Of a stretch of DNA of 38,505 nucleotides, positions 38,336 to 38,505 are shown piece by piece. A model generated the notes under the pieces. The model searched no databases. It worked only from the letters and a program-made list of their open reading frames with translations, and was not told the DNA's origin. Location of the stretch: positions 1 to 38,505 of the forward strand of contig CABROF010000013.1 of the NCBI GenBank assembly GCA_902472555.1. The letters are read 5' to 3'. Both the position numbers and the translations under genes were made by a program. The first letter of the stretch is position 1. Every line of letters begins with the position of its first letter. Source of the DNA: an uncultured Oscillospiraceae bacterium (lineage in GTDB: Bacteria > Bacillota > Clostridia > UBA1212 > UBA1255).

Positions 38336-38505
38336 TCCTGTAAAATTGCTCCCATCTTTCGTCTGTATTCCAATGATATTATAAAATACAGGCTTTTTAA
38401 TTTTTCTGCGGCAGGCTCCGTAAAGCCCGGTCCCGCAGTTTTCGCAGTTTCTGCAGTTTCCGAAATATCCGCAAGTCCGCAATGTCCGCAATCGCAGAAG
38501 CCGCA

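Noticed and set aside
1-38505. tRNA, rRNA and riboswitch scan
   Set aside because: Reading by eye, I found no tRNA-like T-arm (GTTCGA.TC) or anticodon-stem structures, no rRNA-like conserved blocks, and no recognisable riboswitch aptamers in the leaders. The only structured leader found is the glp attenuator.

Overview
This 38.5-kb window looks like chromosomal DNA from a Gram-positive, spore-former-lineage Clostridia-type organism. An intact spo0A sits next to a decayed gerA-family germinant receptor gene. The backbone genes are GC-rich, and codon overlaps show TGA is used as a stop.

Left to right, the window contains:
- A partial minus-strand gene that runs off the window start.
- A glycan-foraging trio: a GH36-like lipoprotein glycosidase and two stand-alone cell-surface proteins built from 2 and 3 NPCBM-like modules with near-identical intragenic DNA repeats.
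- A GerA-family germination receptor pseudogene with an in-frame TGA, a frameshift and a deletion.
- A sugar-phosphate isomerase/epimerase (TIM barrel) followed by a terminator.
- spo0A.
- A cation-diffusion-facilitator (CDF) transporter convergent with spo0A.
- A complete nine-gene V/A-type ATPase operon in the order G/H-like, C(d), I, K, F, E, A, B, D.
- A flotillin/NfeD pair.
- An XRE-family HTH regulator with a sigma-A promoter and a palindromic operator.
- An anaerobic-type glycerol-3-phosphate dehydrogenase operon (GlpA-like FAD dehydrogenase, FAD/NAD oxidoreductase, DUF1667) with the antiterminator glpP at its 3' end. Its leader carries a sigma-A promoter and an intrinsic terminator upstream of the RBS, which is the expected attenuator target.

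The most interesting part is a roughly 10-kb AT-rich (low-GC) island at about 26.6-36.6 kb, embedded in the GC-rich backbone:
- Three secreted or anchored proteins share an uncharacterised ~100-aa module. One is a 3-repeat surface protein, one is an 848-aa surface enzyme with a TIM-barrel glycoside-hydrolase-like core, and one is a lipoprotein. An AraC regulator sits with them. I propose this is a candidate new glycan-binding/processing locus.
- A start-less gene remnant.
- A small signal-peptide ORF followed by a completely decayed ABC transporter: two FtsX-type permeases, each frameshifted, and an ATPase with Walker A deleted and a 1-nt insertion in LSGGQ.

The window ends with a GH78-like (alpha-L-rhamnosidase-type) six-hairpin glycosidase. 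Its upstream in-frame region is built from 9-bp tandem repeats that encode a Cys-rich N-C-x-N-C stretch.
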